A DNA stretch of 64,000 nucleotides from Owenia fusiformis (taxonomy: Eukaryota), in NCBI GenBank assembly GCA_903813345.2, contig CAIIXF020000001.1, positions 49,910,001 to 49,974,000 of the forward strand, in the 5' to 3' direction. Shown here one piece after another: positions 51,401-61,200 of this stretch. Made by a program: the position numbers and the translations under genes. The notes under the pieces are model-generated. The model worked only from the letters and a program-made list of their open reading frames with translations, ran no database searches and had not been told where the DNA came from. The stretch's first letter is position 1; every line of letters starts with the position of its first letter.

Positions 51401-53496
51401 CCTAGTAGAACTGTGATTTTAATATGCCCTAATCTACATATAAGCATTTAGTATACCTTTAATAAGTGGAACAGGTAACAATAAATAAGCCATGTCAGAA
51501 CTGTAAATGTGCCCTTGTATAAAAGATAAATATCCCCTAGTGGAACAGCTGCTTACTGAAAATATGACCTCGTGGAGCAGATTACTTCATACAACTGGAA
51601 CTGCACACACATGATAATAGCACAATGTAATCTTGCATGTTCTGACCTCTGAATGTACATTTGCAGGCATGGTCTGCAGTTCAAGTGTTTCATGAGGGCT
51701 ATGCCAACACAAGCGTATACCAGTTACCTCTGTTTTATGGAGCCCCCACTGTCCAGATACTGAAGCAACTTTCCAGGGAACCATTTAGAGAATGGATACA
51801 GAGGAATGCTACCAGTGGGGGTGTATGTGAAATTACTTTTTATTTCAATATTTTCCACCGTATGTCCAATACTGTAAAAGCGCAAATATTCAATTGCAGT
51901 TGCAGATTTAGGGGTATATCCCCTAAAATTAAGAATTGCTCTTTATCAAAGATTATTGTTTGTTCTGTACATGTCCTTTTATCAATACCAAATCCATCAA
52001 GAAATTGCAACTTCACATAAAAAATCCCAAATTCATTTGAATTTGACCATTGGGACAATGATAGGACAATAATATCAATTACTAAACTAACTGTCTAATA
52101 TTGTATCCTGTATTATCTTTAAACTAAAAATTTGCAAGGGTAAACTTCTAATTCAGCCAAAAGCGAGTAAATGAAATAACAAAATGAATCATATGAATAC
52201 AGACATCTGTTTGCACATTATTCAGGTGAAACTTATTGAAGGGGCCTCCATATTTGTGCGCTTGTGTGACGCCAGGAGAGATGATGAAATGCCAGATCAA
52301 GTTGATGATGACAAGCTGGTATGTTCAAGTTTTGCCATTGAAAAACCAAAAGAAAATTGAAACATAATTGTATGAATAATATATTCTTCTGTTCGAACAG
52401 GTCTTTCACAGTGAGGAATTAATTTGTTACTTGTAAAAATTGAACTTAACTTTGTTGGTGAAATCAGAAAGAGTGAATTTTCTTTCAGTTTCTCCTCAGG
52501 CTTAATATGGCTTTTCAAGGTTCAATAGGAGACTTTGAATGGACCTTCATGCATAGTTCGAAAATATAATCATCAGAGAAGGTTATAAACCATGAAATCA
52601 ACTCTAAAGCCTAACAATTGTTGGACCAATTATTGGCTGTATATTACAATGTGCCTTTAATGATTATTGCTTTTTAGAGACAAAATAACCTAAAATATTT
52701 AACTGCCATTTTTTAGATTGAGTTGAATACAGACTACCTTCCCCCAGGCATTGTAGAGCTGTATTCCAGAGAGAATAGGGGCCAACCTCTCCATTCTCTA
52801 ATCCCCTCTGGCAAGGATGTTGATACATTTGGAAGCAGTCTTGCCGAGAAATTCAAAAATGTTAGTTTGACCTCAATGGAGGTTACCCTTTTCAATAGTT
52901 TTATGTTGCTACACTTCATGAGAGATAATTCTTTTTGTCAAGTCTTATGCCTCTGTCACATTTGATCTGTAGCAATCAAATGGTGGCTGTAGCTTCCCAA
53001 AATTGAGAGAAATATGCAGCATTAAATATAGGGATAAGCAGTACGAATCGATTTTCTGTATCTATTTTTTTGAAACCTAGGCCACTGTACACCTGTCATA
53101 GAGCAAATGTGACTGAGGCTTTACTGAGTCAGAATTACCGTTCCACAACTTAATACATGTACCTATACTGTATAAGTAGCTCGTACTTATTTCATATGCA
53201 AACTCCCATGAAGTGATGTGACAGTTACCTTTGGGCCATTAAGATCTTATAAGCATCAAATCTTGATATTTTATTCTATTGAGAGGATAATACATATGCT
53301 AGTGCTACAAGCCTAAGGTCCTCAGTGATGGTACATCTTAGTGATCTAAGAAAAGTGAAATAATAGGAAAATGCACCAGTTTATGATTTGATTTCATTAA
53401 ATGTTGAGTTATAGTTATAACTGGTTATATGGAGGTCATGCATCATTCTTTCCATTTCAGTTGGTGTACAAGCTTTATGAAGAAGGAAACACTTGA
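12408..53496 (+). CDS. CCDC17: CCDC17-like protein, long form (~1639 aa, 31 coding exons)
   Basis: Exons: 12408-12524, 12910-13125, 14506-14629, 15993-16161, 16669-17517, 18107-18154, 18460-18581, 19007-19120, 19369-19511, 19727-19839, 20252-20458, 20875-21079, 21370-21480, 21901-21998, 29682-29808, 30231-30519, 31035-31188, 31777-31885, 44752-44871, 45047-45202, 46408-46521, 47061-47231, 48140-48376, 48489-48575, 49058-49144, 50212-50307, 51042-51149, 51667-51822, 52226-52318, 52717-52860, 53461-53496 (TGA). Total 4920 nt, all GT-AG, phases consistent. CCDC17-type motifs: N-terminal CKECKMIF..LSIHKQKFC finger, AMRSAYLRDGGSDPAVLAQM, PAPYDPQAGFVVFYDY, SGRWKLPLR, AEIYLRLVNYRDA, YQFPP. Confidence 0.82.
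13194..14215 (+). mobile_element. Helentron-associated interspersed element (HINE/DINE-1-like)
   Basis: T-run + GGCTCACACAGTGAGCC palindrome, (GTCC)n microsatellite at 13233-13310, AGGTCA/TGACCT-rich core, 3' subTIR TGTGTGAGC + AGGACC-GTG-GGTCCT hairpin + T-run. Confidence 0.75.
14675..15545 (-). mobile_element. 5'-truncated non-LTR retrotransposon (CR1/L2/Crack-type ORF2 C-terminus and 3' UTR)
   Basis: ORF 14818-15330 has FEHYL...LTRLCISTHNLEIERGRY...RFCKIC...IEDETNFLIKC, typical of the Cys/His tail of these ORF2 proteins; 3' end has a GCCC..GGGC hairpin, AATAAA and a CTATAT tail. Confidence 0.78.
17608..17768. mobile_element. Short MITE (Harbinger-like), second copy inverted at 52949-53119
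   Basis: GCCTC..AGTC(A/T)CAT...ATGTGACTGAGGC termini; internal CTGCTTATCCCTATATTT recurs reverse-complemented near 53025-53042. Confidence 0.6.
20572..20850. mobile_element. hAT-like MITE
   Basis: CAGGGGCGTAGCCAG...CTGGCTACACCTATG termini; TAAGA on both flanks. Confidence 0.6.
22003..28965. mobile_element. ~7-kb foldback (FB/Mutator-type) non-autonomous element with tandem ~80-bp repeats in both arms
   Basis: Outer ~200 bp near-perfectly inverted (TGTCAAGATTTAGGGACAAAAAT...). Left arm to ~26210 and right arm from ~27010 are arrays of the same unit in opposite orientation. AATAGGTAA flanks both ends (21994-22002, 28966-28974). No transposase ORF. Confidence 0.88.
29207..29525. repeat. Interspersed repeat with internal ATATCCACTCATGGATAT hairpins; related segment inverted at ~15560-15670
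   Basis: Palindromic ATATCCACTCATGGATAT twice, around a CACTCATTCACTGCGCTCACTCATG stem; similar motifs near 15570-15670. Confidence 0.4.
31216..31395 (+). mobile_element. Short HINE-like family copy (others at ~15815, ~21560, ~43608, ~46540-46865, ~56490, ~58785)
   Basis: Shared GTCAC(T/C)ACCAA..AGTGGTGACATATTGTTA head, GGCAGTT/GGCGTTT microsatellite, TCTGTAACAAAT, and GGTGGTGACATTTTGCATGTT..CCTTGTT tail. Confidence 0.6.
32402..34802 (-). CDS. Sarcoplasmic calcium-binding protein (SCP/calexcitin)-like EF-hand protein, nested antisense gene
   Basis: Exons 34676-34802, 33051-33235, 32402-32629 (TAA), GT-AG, phases 0/1/0. IRQLPLTWMRKMLTILLTFDKDKDGVMGYEDHMQVVDKF...FDYMDTNNDGLISHEEFANGYLEY...YFGPLMRY*: W..KM....D.DKDG start, canonical EF1 and EF4 loops and C-terminal FGPL typical of the SCP family. 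Confidence 0.85.
33977..34400 (-). mobile_element. Tc1/mariner-type remnant
   Basis: TA|CAGGGTGAGCCAAAAAAGGTAACC end; minus strand ~34140-34195 reads CIQVCLQRRDWHFEHLL*, resembling Tc1-type transposase C-termini. Confidence 0.55.
35615..35926. repeat. Interspersed repeat, inverted copy at ~60345-60650
   Basis: GTTCAAAGATGACATACGCTTATAATGTAAA..TG.ATTGAGATGACA matches the reverse complement of 60585-60635; CACATCAAGATAA also shared. Confidence 0.7.
36116..42184 (+). mobile_element. Helentron/HINE-like element amplified as a four-unit tandem array
   Basis: 5' TTAGGAGGCCCC-ATCGG-GGGGCCTCCTA palindrome + (TAT/TCT)n tract. Units start at ~36237, 37611, 38983, 40817; each ends GGGCCTCC-GT-AAGATTGC-TT-GCAATCTT-CTAGTT (subTIR + hairpin). 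Confidence 0.82.
42191..42223 (-). CDS. Candidate first coding exon of the nested EF-hand gene (MSDTNTSSDIQ)
   Basis: ATG TCT GAC...ATA CAG|GTAATA, phase 0, compatible with exon 34676-34802. Alternative start: AAAATG|GTAAGA at 43995-43997. Confidence 0.45.
42579..43176 (+). mobile_element. Tc1/mariner MITE with transposase tail remnant
   Basis: TA|CAGGGCGTCAAATAAGTCTGTTCTCCCCC...GGGGGAGAACAGACTTGTTTGACACCCTG|TA; 42949-43002 reads PLRLEAVRTASGKHTNY*. Confidence 0.82.
45216..45525. mobile_element. TTAA-flanked (piggyBac-like) MITE
   Basis: TTAA|CTCATTC...GAATGAG|TTAA. Confidence 0.5.
45599..46229. mobile_element. Tc1/mariner MITE
   Basis: Perfect ~34-bp TIRs CAGGGTGTCAAATGGCGTTGTGCCCCCCTTCCAC, TA on both flanks. 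Confidence 0.85.
47357..47960 (+). mobile_element. TTAA-flanked palindromic MITE (Kolobok-like), copy 1
   Basis: TTAA|GGGAATATTCCTTGC...GCAAGGAATGTTCCT|TTAA; ~190-bp imperfect inverted arms containing CAGGAAGTGATGTCATC. Confidence 0.8.
49204..49802 (-). mobile_element. TTAA-flanked palindromic MITE (Kolobok-like), copy 2, inverted relative to copy 1
   Basis: Begins AGGAACATTCCTTGCCAGAC, the reverse complement of the copy 1 right end; the central parts also align in reverse. Confidence 0.8.
50685..50998 (+). mobile_element. Degenerate tRNA-derived SINE (possibly Meta/MESC-core type)
   Basis: A-box-like TAGCTCAGCAGTAG, B-box-like GATTTGATCCC, core GGCTGTGGTGTGT...GGGTGCACATAAAAGA, (CAATA)n tail. 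Confidence 0.45.
51129..51590 (+). repeat. Minisatellite derived from the exon 27 end and splice donor
   Basis: About ten degenerate copies of AAATATGCCCTAGTGGAACAG|GTAACT. Confidence 0.75.
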
Positions 53497-54357
53497 CATT
53501 GAGGCCTATGGTCTCCTCGTTAAAGAATACAGATCGAGATGTCTACTGTATTGTTGGTGCTAAATCCCTAGTGAATATTGAATATTGCAGAAGACTAGGA
53601 GGAGACATTATTTTGTTATAATAACAAAGAGAATTATGTGTGTGGAAGTGGATACCTTATTGGAGACCCAACTTCAACATATAAGAAATACTTGGTGCCA
53701 TTATTCATAAAAATGTGGAAAGATGTGAGATATTTTCATATAATATTCTACATTTGTTGAAAATGTACAAACCCCATCAAGTGACATGAATGACAATTTA
53801 AGAAGTCATATACCTTTTTTAGTGTATTTCAAATATGATATCACTTTGACCAATACTTTAACAACGAAAATCAAGATTATTTTTACTTGCATCTAGTCTA
53901 TTGGAAAGATGTTTCCAAATTCTGCATGTTTTTTGCATTCCATTTGCCTAAATAACTTGGGACTCAAGAAATATATTTCATGAAGCTGTGAAAGCCTCAT
54001 TTTCATTTATAATTCAATTCCAAGATATGAATGTATCTACTCAAACAATTGAGAAATTGATTAATTCAAGGTGTTTACTAGGCATTGACAGGTTTAGGGA
54101 AATGGAAAAATATTCATTTTTGAAGGTTTTTGAACATTCCATTCAAACAATTATTTACTGGTAAATATATGTAATGTATACGCCAATCCGTCCAATGAAA
54201 GTGCAATCCAGCTCTCAGTAGAAGTTGATTTACATGTATATTTAAGAGATGAAACTGTATTCTATTACAAGTATATACATGGTAAAAGCCTTCAAATGAA
54301 GATGTGTGAAGCATGAACATACATATACACAAAATATTCACTGTTTAGGCTTTAATA

Positions 54358-54520
54358 TTTGGCTCACATGGTGAGCCTATGGAATCGCTTACTCATTCTT
54401 CCATCTGTCAACACACCATACTTGTATATTTACATGTATACCTTTGATCCCTGCCCATACATTTGCCTTTTTGGAGAAATAGGCCTTTTCACCATGTGAG
54501 CCAACAAATAGCATTATTTT
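54358..54520 (+). mobile_element. Short HINE-like element (same end structure as 13194-14215)
   Basis: TTTGGCTCACATGGTGAGCCTATGG head and CCATGTGAGCC subTIR followed by a T-run. Confidence 0.55.
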
Positions 54521-55223
54521 TATTTTGTCACTAGTCCAATAGTAAAAGCATTAAAACACTGTTAAAAATTGGTGAAATAAAACGAATGAACTGTGATTTA
54601 CTTATTGAAATATTGATAATTGTTTATTATGTATACACAATACAACATTTTATTGTTATTTAATTTATTTATCATAGTGACAACAAGAGTTTATCTATTA
54701 TAGTATATATATCGTAGTATATGTACATCTGAAACAACCAACTCATAGCTGTTCAATTTATGAAAAAGTGTTCATAATCAGACTATAATAAGACCAAAAC
54801 ATGTTGCTATCTACACATACAAAATACACTGTAGTTCTGTTTCATTCTTTGATCCTTTATACAATGCATTAGGCACTAGGCAAGCCAGGAAATATTCTAC
54901 AAAAAGTAGACATTTTTCAAGTGAATCTGAAGTCCAACGGTGGTATCAAATCCCTGTAGCTTGATGCCTCACCTAGTTTGCCTCACCTTGCCCATAATAG
55001 ATCAACTTTCATTCCAATAAAGGCCTTAGTTTATTAATTCCACATGTGTTAAAGTAGTCTATGGTACAATAAGACTTGTCCAGGTTTATCACATAATCTC
55101 CATAATATTATGTTTTCTTCTCAATTTGTGATATAATTGTTTATTTCTGGGTCTCATTTTTGATGAAAATGTACTGTATGTTAATACCATCCATGCTTTT
55201 CAATGTCACAGCTATCTGGTTCG

Positions 55224-58200
55224 TTACTCTGTATACAATAGCCCTACAATAAATAAGATAAGATAAGAAAATATGACATTGTTGTTCAAATTCTGTAAAT
55301 TGCAAATGGTGTACTTTATGACCAAATGTACTTGATAGGTTAAAGTGCCAGCAAAGAACAGAGAATGTAATTTTTAAAAGTGTTCAAATGTGCCCCTTAT
55401 TAATTATTTGAAATAAGAATCGAGATATAAAGTCAAATGTGTTGAAGATAGAGGCTATTCAATTCATTTTAATTCATTTCATTTAAAATTTGACATGAGA
55501 AAATTTCAGACAGTGAGATGCAGTCGTGTTCAAAATCATTAGATAGAAAAATTTGTCATACAATTTTCAAAATCATCAAATAAATAAATTATCTTGTTTC
55601 TGTTTACTTTTCTTCGCTAATCTTACATAAGAACCTTGATTGGGATGTTTGGGACTTGCTAGCCATGTGATTTATGGCACCTACATCGATGCATTGGCTC
55701 ATACCTGCTATACAAGCTGTCATAAAACTGGCAAGGTTGGCACCCACAAGTGCTTTCAGCGCAATCTGAGACAAAGTGGCTGAAACAGAAAATCCAACAA
55801 ATTATCATACCTAACAGCATATTTCTAAGAGATATTTAAAGAAATATTGCTTCTAATACCTGAGTCAAATTTGCTCCGATCCATTGGCCGGAGCCTGGCC
55901 GATTGGGTATTTTGTTCAAAATTGTATTTAGTTTTGAACAAAACACTCAATCGGTCAGGCGCCAGCCGATGAATCGGGGGAAATGTGACCCAGGTTTTAT
56001 CTAGCTTGAAAGCATTTTAGATTATTTGAATGAATGGAAAAGTCTTAAAACTTACTCTTTTTACAAGGTGCTAGTGCGCTAAAGGATCCCAGGTTCATTC
56101 CTACAGAGCCAAAGTTTGCGAAGTTGCATACAGCATAAGTCACTATTGCTTCAGATCTTTGCTGAAAGAGAATAAGAAAGAAAATGTCATAGAGAATAAC
56201 CTTTTTACCTTCAAAGTGTATTACAATGTAGCTATATCTAGCCTGTACTATGCTGATATCATCACATCTTTCTGTGTCTTGCTATGCAAAAGATTACATA
56301 CAGAGAAGACATTATGCTTACCACAGTGACTAGGTTATATAATGAGGGACATATACGATCAATCTAGAACTTTCTCAGTTTTTAAATGAAATTAATTGTG
56401 ATATGATTAACAAATGGTTACAGAGATTTTGCTCCTGAGAATTCTTTTTGGCTGGTGAAGAAATGAGGATGAGACCATCTAGTGGATACAAGTGGTGACA
56501 TATTGTTACAGTGTCCACCTTTTTTGGATGGTGTTTGGCGCAGTTGGCGTTTGGTGGTTGGCAACTGTAATAAATGGCAGGTGGTAACATTTTGCATGTT
56601 CATGCCTTGTTTCAAGTTAATGATATAATGCAGGAATATTCATTACACATGAGTACAATAGAAGCTCATCCAGGTCCCTTCATCCAGGGCTTCAACAGCT
56701 GCTCATCCAGGGCTTCAACAGCTGCAAGGTATAAAATAATTTAAGTAAGGGTATAAGGTAGTCACAGATAAGGTACTTACAGATATGAAGGGCTGGACTC
56801 CATTCTCTCTGTTTCTGATGAGTTGTCCAAGATCCAGGTAAGAGAGGAAACTGTTAATGAAGATACCTTTGCCGATCAGTTCCCCCACTCTGTAACAATC
56901 TGCCCATGCTACACCCATTAGGTAGCCCAGTGGCATGAAGATATATGCCCAGATACCCTAAAAACACTTCAGAATATAAACTTTTGCCAAGGCTTTTCAC
57001 TGTCTGAACTTAGATGGTGAAGTTCAGTACTGAAATCGAACAAGTTGAAAATGCAAAATGTACATTATAAAGTCATTTGAAAATTACTAACTAGTGTGTC
57101 TTAAAACTTACTCTTTTTACTAGGTGCTAGTGGACTAAAGGATCTAAGGTTCATTCCTACAGAGCCAAAGTTTGCGATTTCAGAATTGAATTTTAAATCA
57201 AATAGTAAACCCTTACCATTAATATATTTTATGCAATATTCAAAACAACGCTTTCTTTTTTTCTTGGTGTTGTAGTTACACGCCCCTCTACACTGTTTCA
57301 TTATCTTCAATTTTAAACTCTCAAAATCTCACCTGGAGTGTGAGATTTTCTACACCAACTCTCTCTCCAAACCAGGTGACTGTCATGTTGAGAAACTGTA
57401 GGCCAGCAATGAAGCCAATCATGTTTACCAGTACAAAGGCAACTACCTTCACCATTGCAGAGGCACCATTGGAGAAAGCTTCAATAGCATTTGTGTCATT
57501 CCTGTTGAATAAATGTTATGTTTTAAGATTGATACTCTGGGAAAATGAAGTTATCATAATGGTTTAACTCCCTCCTTTATATAACATATTATGATGATTT
57601 GCTTTTCATTTGAATTTTTCAAATTTATTTACTCCTTCCTATTCAATTTGAAGACTTTTGTCTCATAGTTTTAACAATTATCACTTGGCCTCCAGGAAGA
57701 CCAGTTTTTTGTGTTACCAAGATTGAATACTATATTTCAAATCAAATCAAAGAAAGCATTTTATCAATGTATTTCAGGAATCTGATCATTTATGACGTTT
57801 CATTAAGGTGGGAAGGGAATGGATAACTCTGAGCAACTTTGTATGCAAATTTACATAATTACTTATTCTTCTTGTTCTACCTTAACCCAGGCTCTTTAAT
57901 AAACTGCATTGTTCAAATTAAAATATTGATAAAAGCATACGATTTTTCAAACGTTATGTCCTCAACTCTTGCAAATTTCGATTTGTCTGTCTCAGGGTGG
58001 ATGATCTTTGAGATGGCCAAAGCTGCAGGGGCAGACATCACACTGGCGGACACCAAGTGGCTGGCAGACACCTAACAAATATAACAATTATAATCTTTGA
58101 TCAAAGTTTACAAACACATATTAAGTATTTAGACATATATATTGGATTTAACCTCTAAAATCTAATTTCAATTCCAACATAAACATGGAAATAAAAACAA

Positions 58201-61200
58201 TAACATGTGTATTAGTATTCATTGAATGACTCTCGTATTACTGTGAAAACAATAACTTTTGTATTAGTATTCATTGAATGACCCTCGTATTGCTGTGAAC
58301 TGTTGTGGTGTATCATGTTGCCCTTATCATGTCATTTTTTGATTGATACACTTTAAGTTAATATTGAACTATTATTTGATCTTGAGCAAATGTCCTACCC
58401 CAAATGTTATATACAGAGCCATAACTGCCCCAGCAATAGTTGCTAGACCACAGGTAAAGATGGCACTGATTTCTGATGAAGTGAGGTCCTTCAATATGCG
58501 GCCGACTGTGACTACAGATTCTGTCTAAAATGTGCAATTATTAGTATCAGGTAACAATGACATTGAGGATTTGTTTCTAATAATAGACAAGAAATATTTG
58601 TAATTTGAAGTAGACATTACAATAATAGTATGATATATTGTATTAAAAGTGGTTTAACCTCTAGATGACTCCCAAAAAGTTGTAACAACTTTGAAGCTCT
58701 AGTAAGGTTATGGTATAACTTTCTTTTCTAAAAATATCAAAGCTGTGTAACATAGTCTAATAAATAATGTGCAAGTTTTGATTTCTATGTCATCACCAAT
58801 AAGTGGATACATATTGTTATGGCTTCCACTTTTGTGACCAGTATTCAGCACTGAGCAGTTGCCAGTTACCATATATAACATACTGTTGTTACAGATTGTA
58901 ACTAATTTTGTGCAACTAGGTGGTGACATTTTGTCATGTAAATGAAAATACCTTGTTCTAGTTTGAGGAACATATTTGTAAAAATAATTTTTAGGAGTTA
59001 GAGGTTTGAATCCACACATTGGGTGACCCCAGAGTTTTGGGGCTTTACTTTTTAATAGGTATTTAGCTTTTCTATTGTACTGTACACTCAGGGGTAACTG
59101 GTCAACTCGTACCCAAGACAAGTCGTACCCAAGACAACTTGTACCCAAGTATATATTTTGTTTTGAATCAAGCATTGGACTGGGATTGTGAATAGATATA
59201 CATATTATAATTGTAACATACTTTTCAGAATAGTTTCAAGTTTGAAGAAGAATTTTCAGAAGAAATTGATTTAATTTTGTGACATTTTGAGCTGAGTGTC
59301 AATTTATATTGACTATTATTTTATATTGGTCACAGATTCAGGATGTTCGAGTGAAGAGACATATGTTTATTCCACATATTCATAATCATTTTTCAAAATA
59401 TTGTATGTTTATGAGTGTTTGGAACAAGTGTCAGATCTAATGTTGTAATTATATTTATTTATATATATGTTTGACAAAAAAATGTTGAGAACAAGCACTT
59501 CATTAATTTCATAAAAAATGCTTTACTGATCCATTGAGAAAAAATGTCGTGTAAATTCAAAAAAATATTGAGGCTTATTTTATCCACATTATAACATGAA
59601 AGCATTACAAACTCAATTTTTTCCCTAATATGCACCCGTAATACTGAAAATAACCTTGGGTACGAGTTGTCTTGGGTACGAGTTGTCTTGGGTACGAGTT
59701 GTCTTGGGTACGAGTTGACTAGGAAGCCACTCAGGGACAATTCTTAAAGATATAGTTGAATGATAATTACTGGACTAAAGAATATGTTAGCTGCAGCCAC
59801 ATATGACTCCACTGTCCCAGTGCCCATCACACTCTGTATCAACCAGCCAATCTTCACTATAGCAAACTGTATGGCACCAAAGTAAAAGAGAAGAGCAATC
59901 ACAGCACCGAAGAATATTGTAGCTGGCATAGACTGAAATTAATAAATTATATATTTCCAGAGGCATTGAAGGAATAATAAAAGAAATAACACATTTTTCT
60001 AGAAACAAAAAGGATTTCTGAACTGTGTATTCCATTCTTCCATTGCTCCCTAAATAAAACCCTGAATCTATATAAAGAAACGCTTTTATTCAGATGTTCA
60101 CATTCAGATGTCAAGCTGTGCTATACATTACATTTTTAAGGTTGCAAGTTACAGATGTAATCCCCCTGCATAGTTTGGTAACTGGAAATCCACTTTTGGG
60201 CAATGTGATAGAGCTTTTGCCTTGCAAAATTGACAACTTCAAATTTTCCGCCCTATTGTTATTGTGAAACAAAATTCGAATATGGGCATGGTAAAGAGGA
60301 GGGAAAGCCCCAGAGTTTTAAGATAAAAAACATAATTACCTCTCTACCACCTTCGTTCGTTCGAATTTTCATCGGCTAGTTATCAAATATTACACCTCGA
60401 TGGGATGTTTTAATTGACAAAGGCATATTCCGTACACCTTTCCTTATCTTGATGTGAAATGAGAAGCTATGATATTGGTTAACACGCCAGAAATGAACAT
60501 AATATTATTCGAAGCGTATTTCAAAAATTTTGAAACTGCCATCGATGACGTAATTTGTTTGTCGACTTTTGACCAATCAGCGACGATGTCATCTCAATTC
60601 AGATTTACATTATAAGCGTATGTCATCTTTGAACCCTGGTGTTTCTCCCCCTCTGGGCAAGGTATTTAACATGCTATCCAATGGGAAGTTCCATTTGCCA
60701 AAATGGTGATGTTCCATTACCAATACCAAAGTTTAACTCATATTTCTATACTTTACCTGGAAAGCCATTGAATGATCTCTAAACTTCTCACCAAAGACAA
60801 ACCGCGCTCCAGCATCAGTATATGATATAAATAACGCCACCTGTTGGCCTACCCATCTCAATGCAATGAGACCGTAGTTCCAACGCAAGATAATTAGCCC
60901 AAATATGAACTGCATAGCAAGACCTGAATACAAATGAAGGATGATTGATTTTAGTGGTTTATGAACCTCATAAGTATGCAAAATTGGGCTTAGTAGTAGC
61001 CGAGAATCTTTCTTATTTGTCAAAAATTATTTTGGATTCTAATACTTTAGAGATTGTAATATTTGGTAATGTGTTACATAGAGACAAGTATCCAACCTAT
61101 CTTGAACAGTATTCCAGGTCATTAATAATCTTTCAAAGCATCTTATGTTTGCAAGACAGTAAGAAGAATTGAGAATATTGCTGCATTTACATGTTCTGTT

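Noticed and set aside
44752..53496. Separate gene distinct from CCDC17-like
   Set aside because: The exon at 44752 starts with an acceptor in phase 0 matching the donor at 31885, and there is no stop before it. One gene is more parsimonious, though unproven without cDNA.
55180..55226. Possible frameshifted C-terminal extension of the transporter (SNEPDSCDIEKHGWY)
   Set aside because: A short open stretch expected by chance; the in-frame TAA after GLLYTE gives a plausible end.
58708..59740. 155-aa and 93-aa minus-strand ORFs
   Set aside because: They run through MITE/HINE sequence in an intron and show no protein-like motifs.
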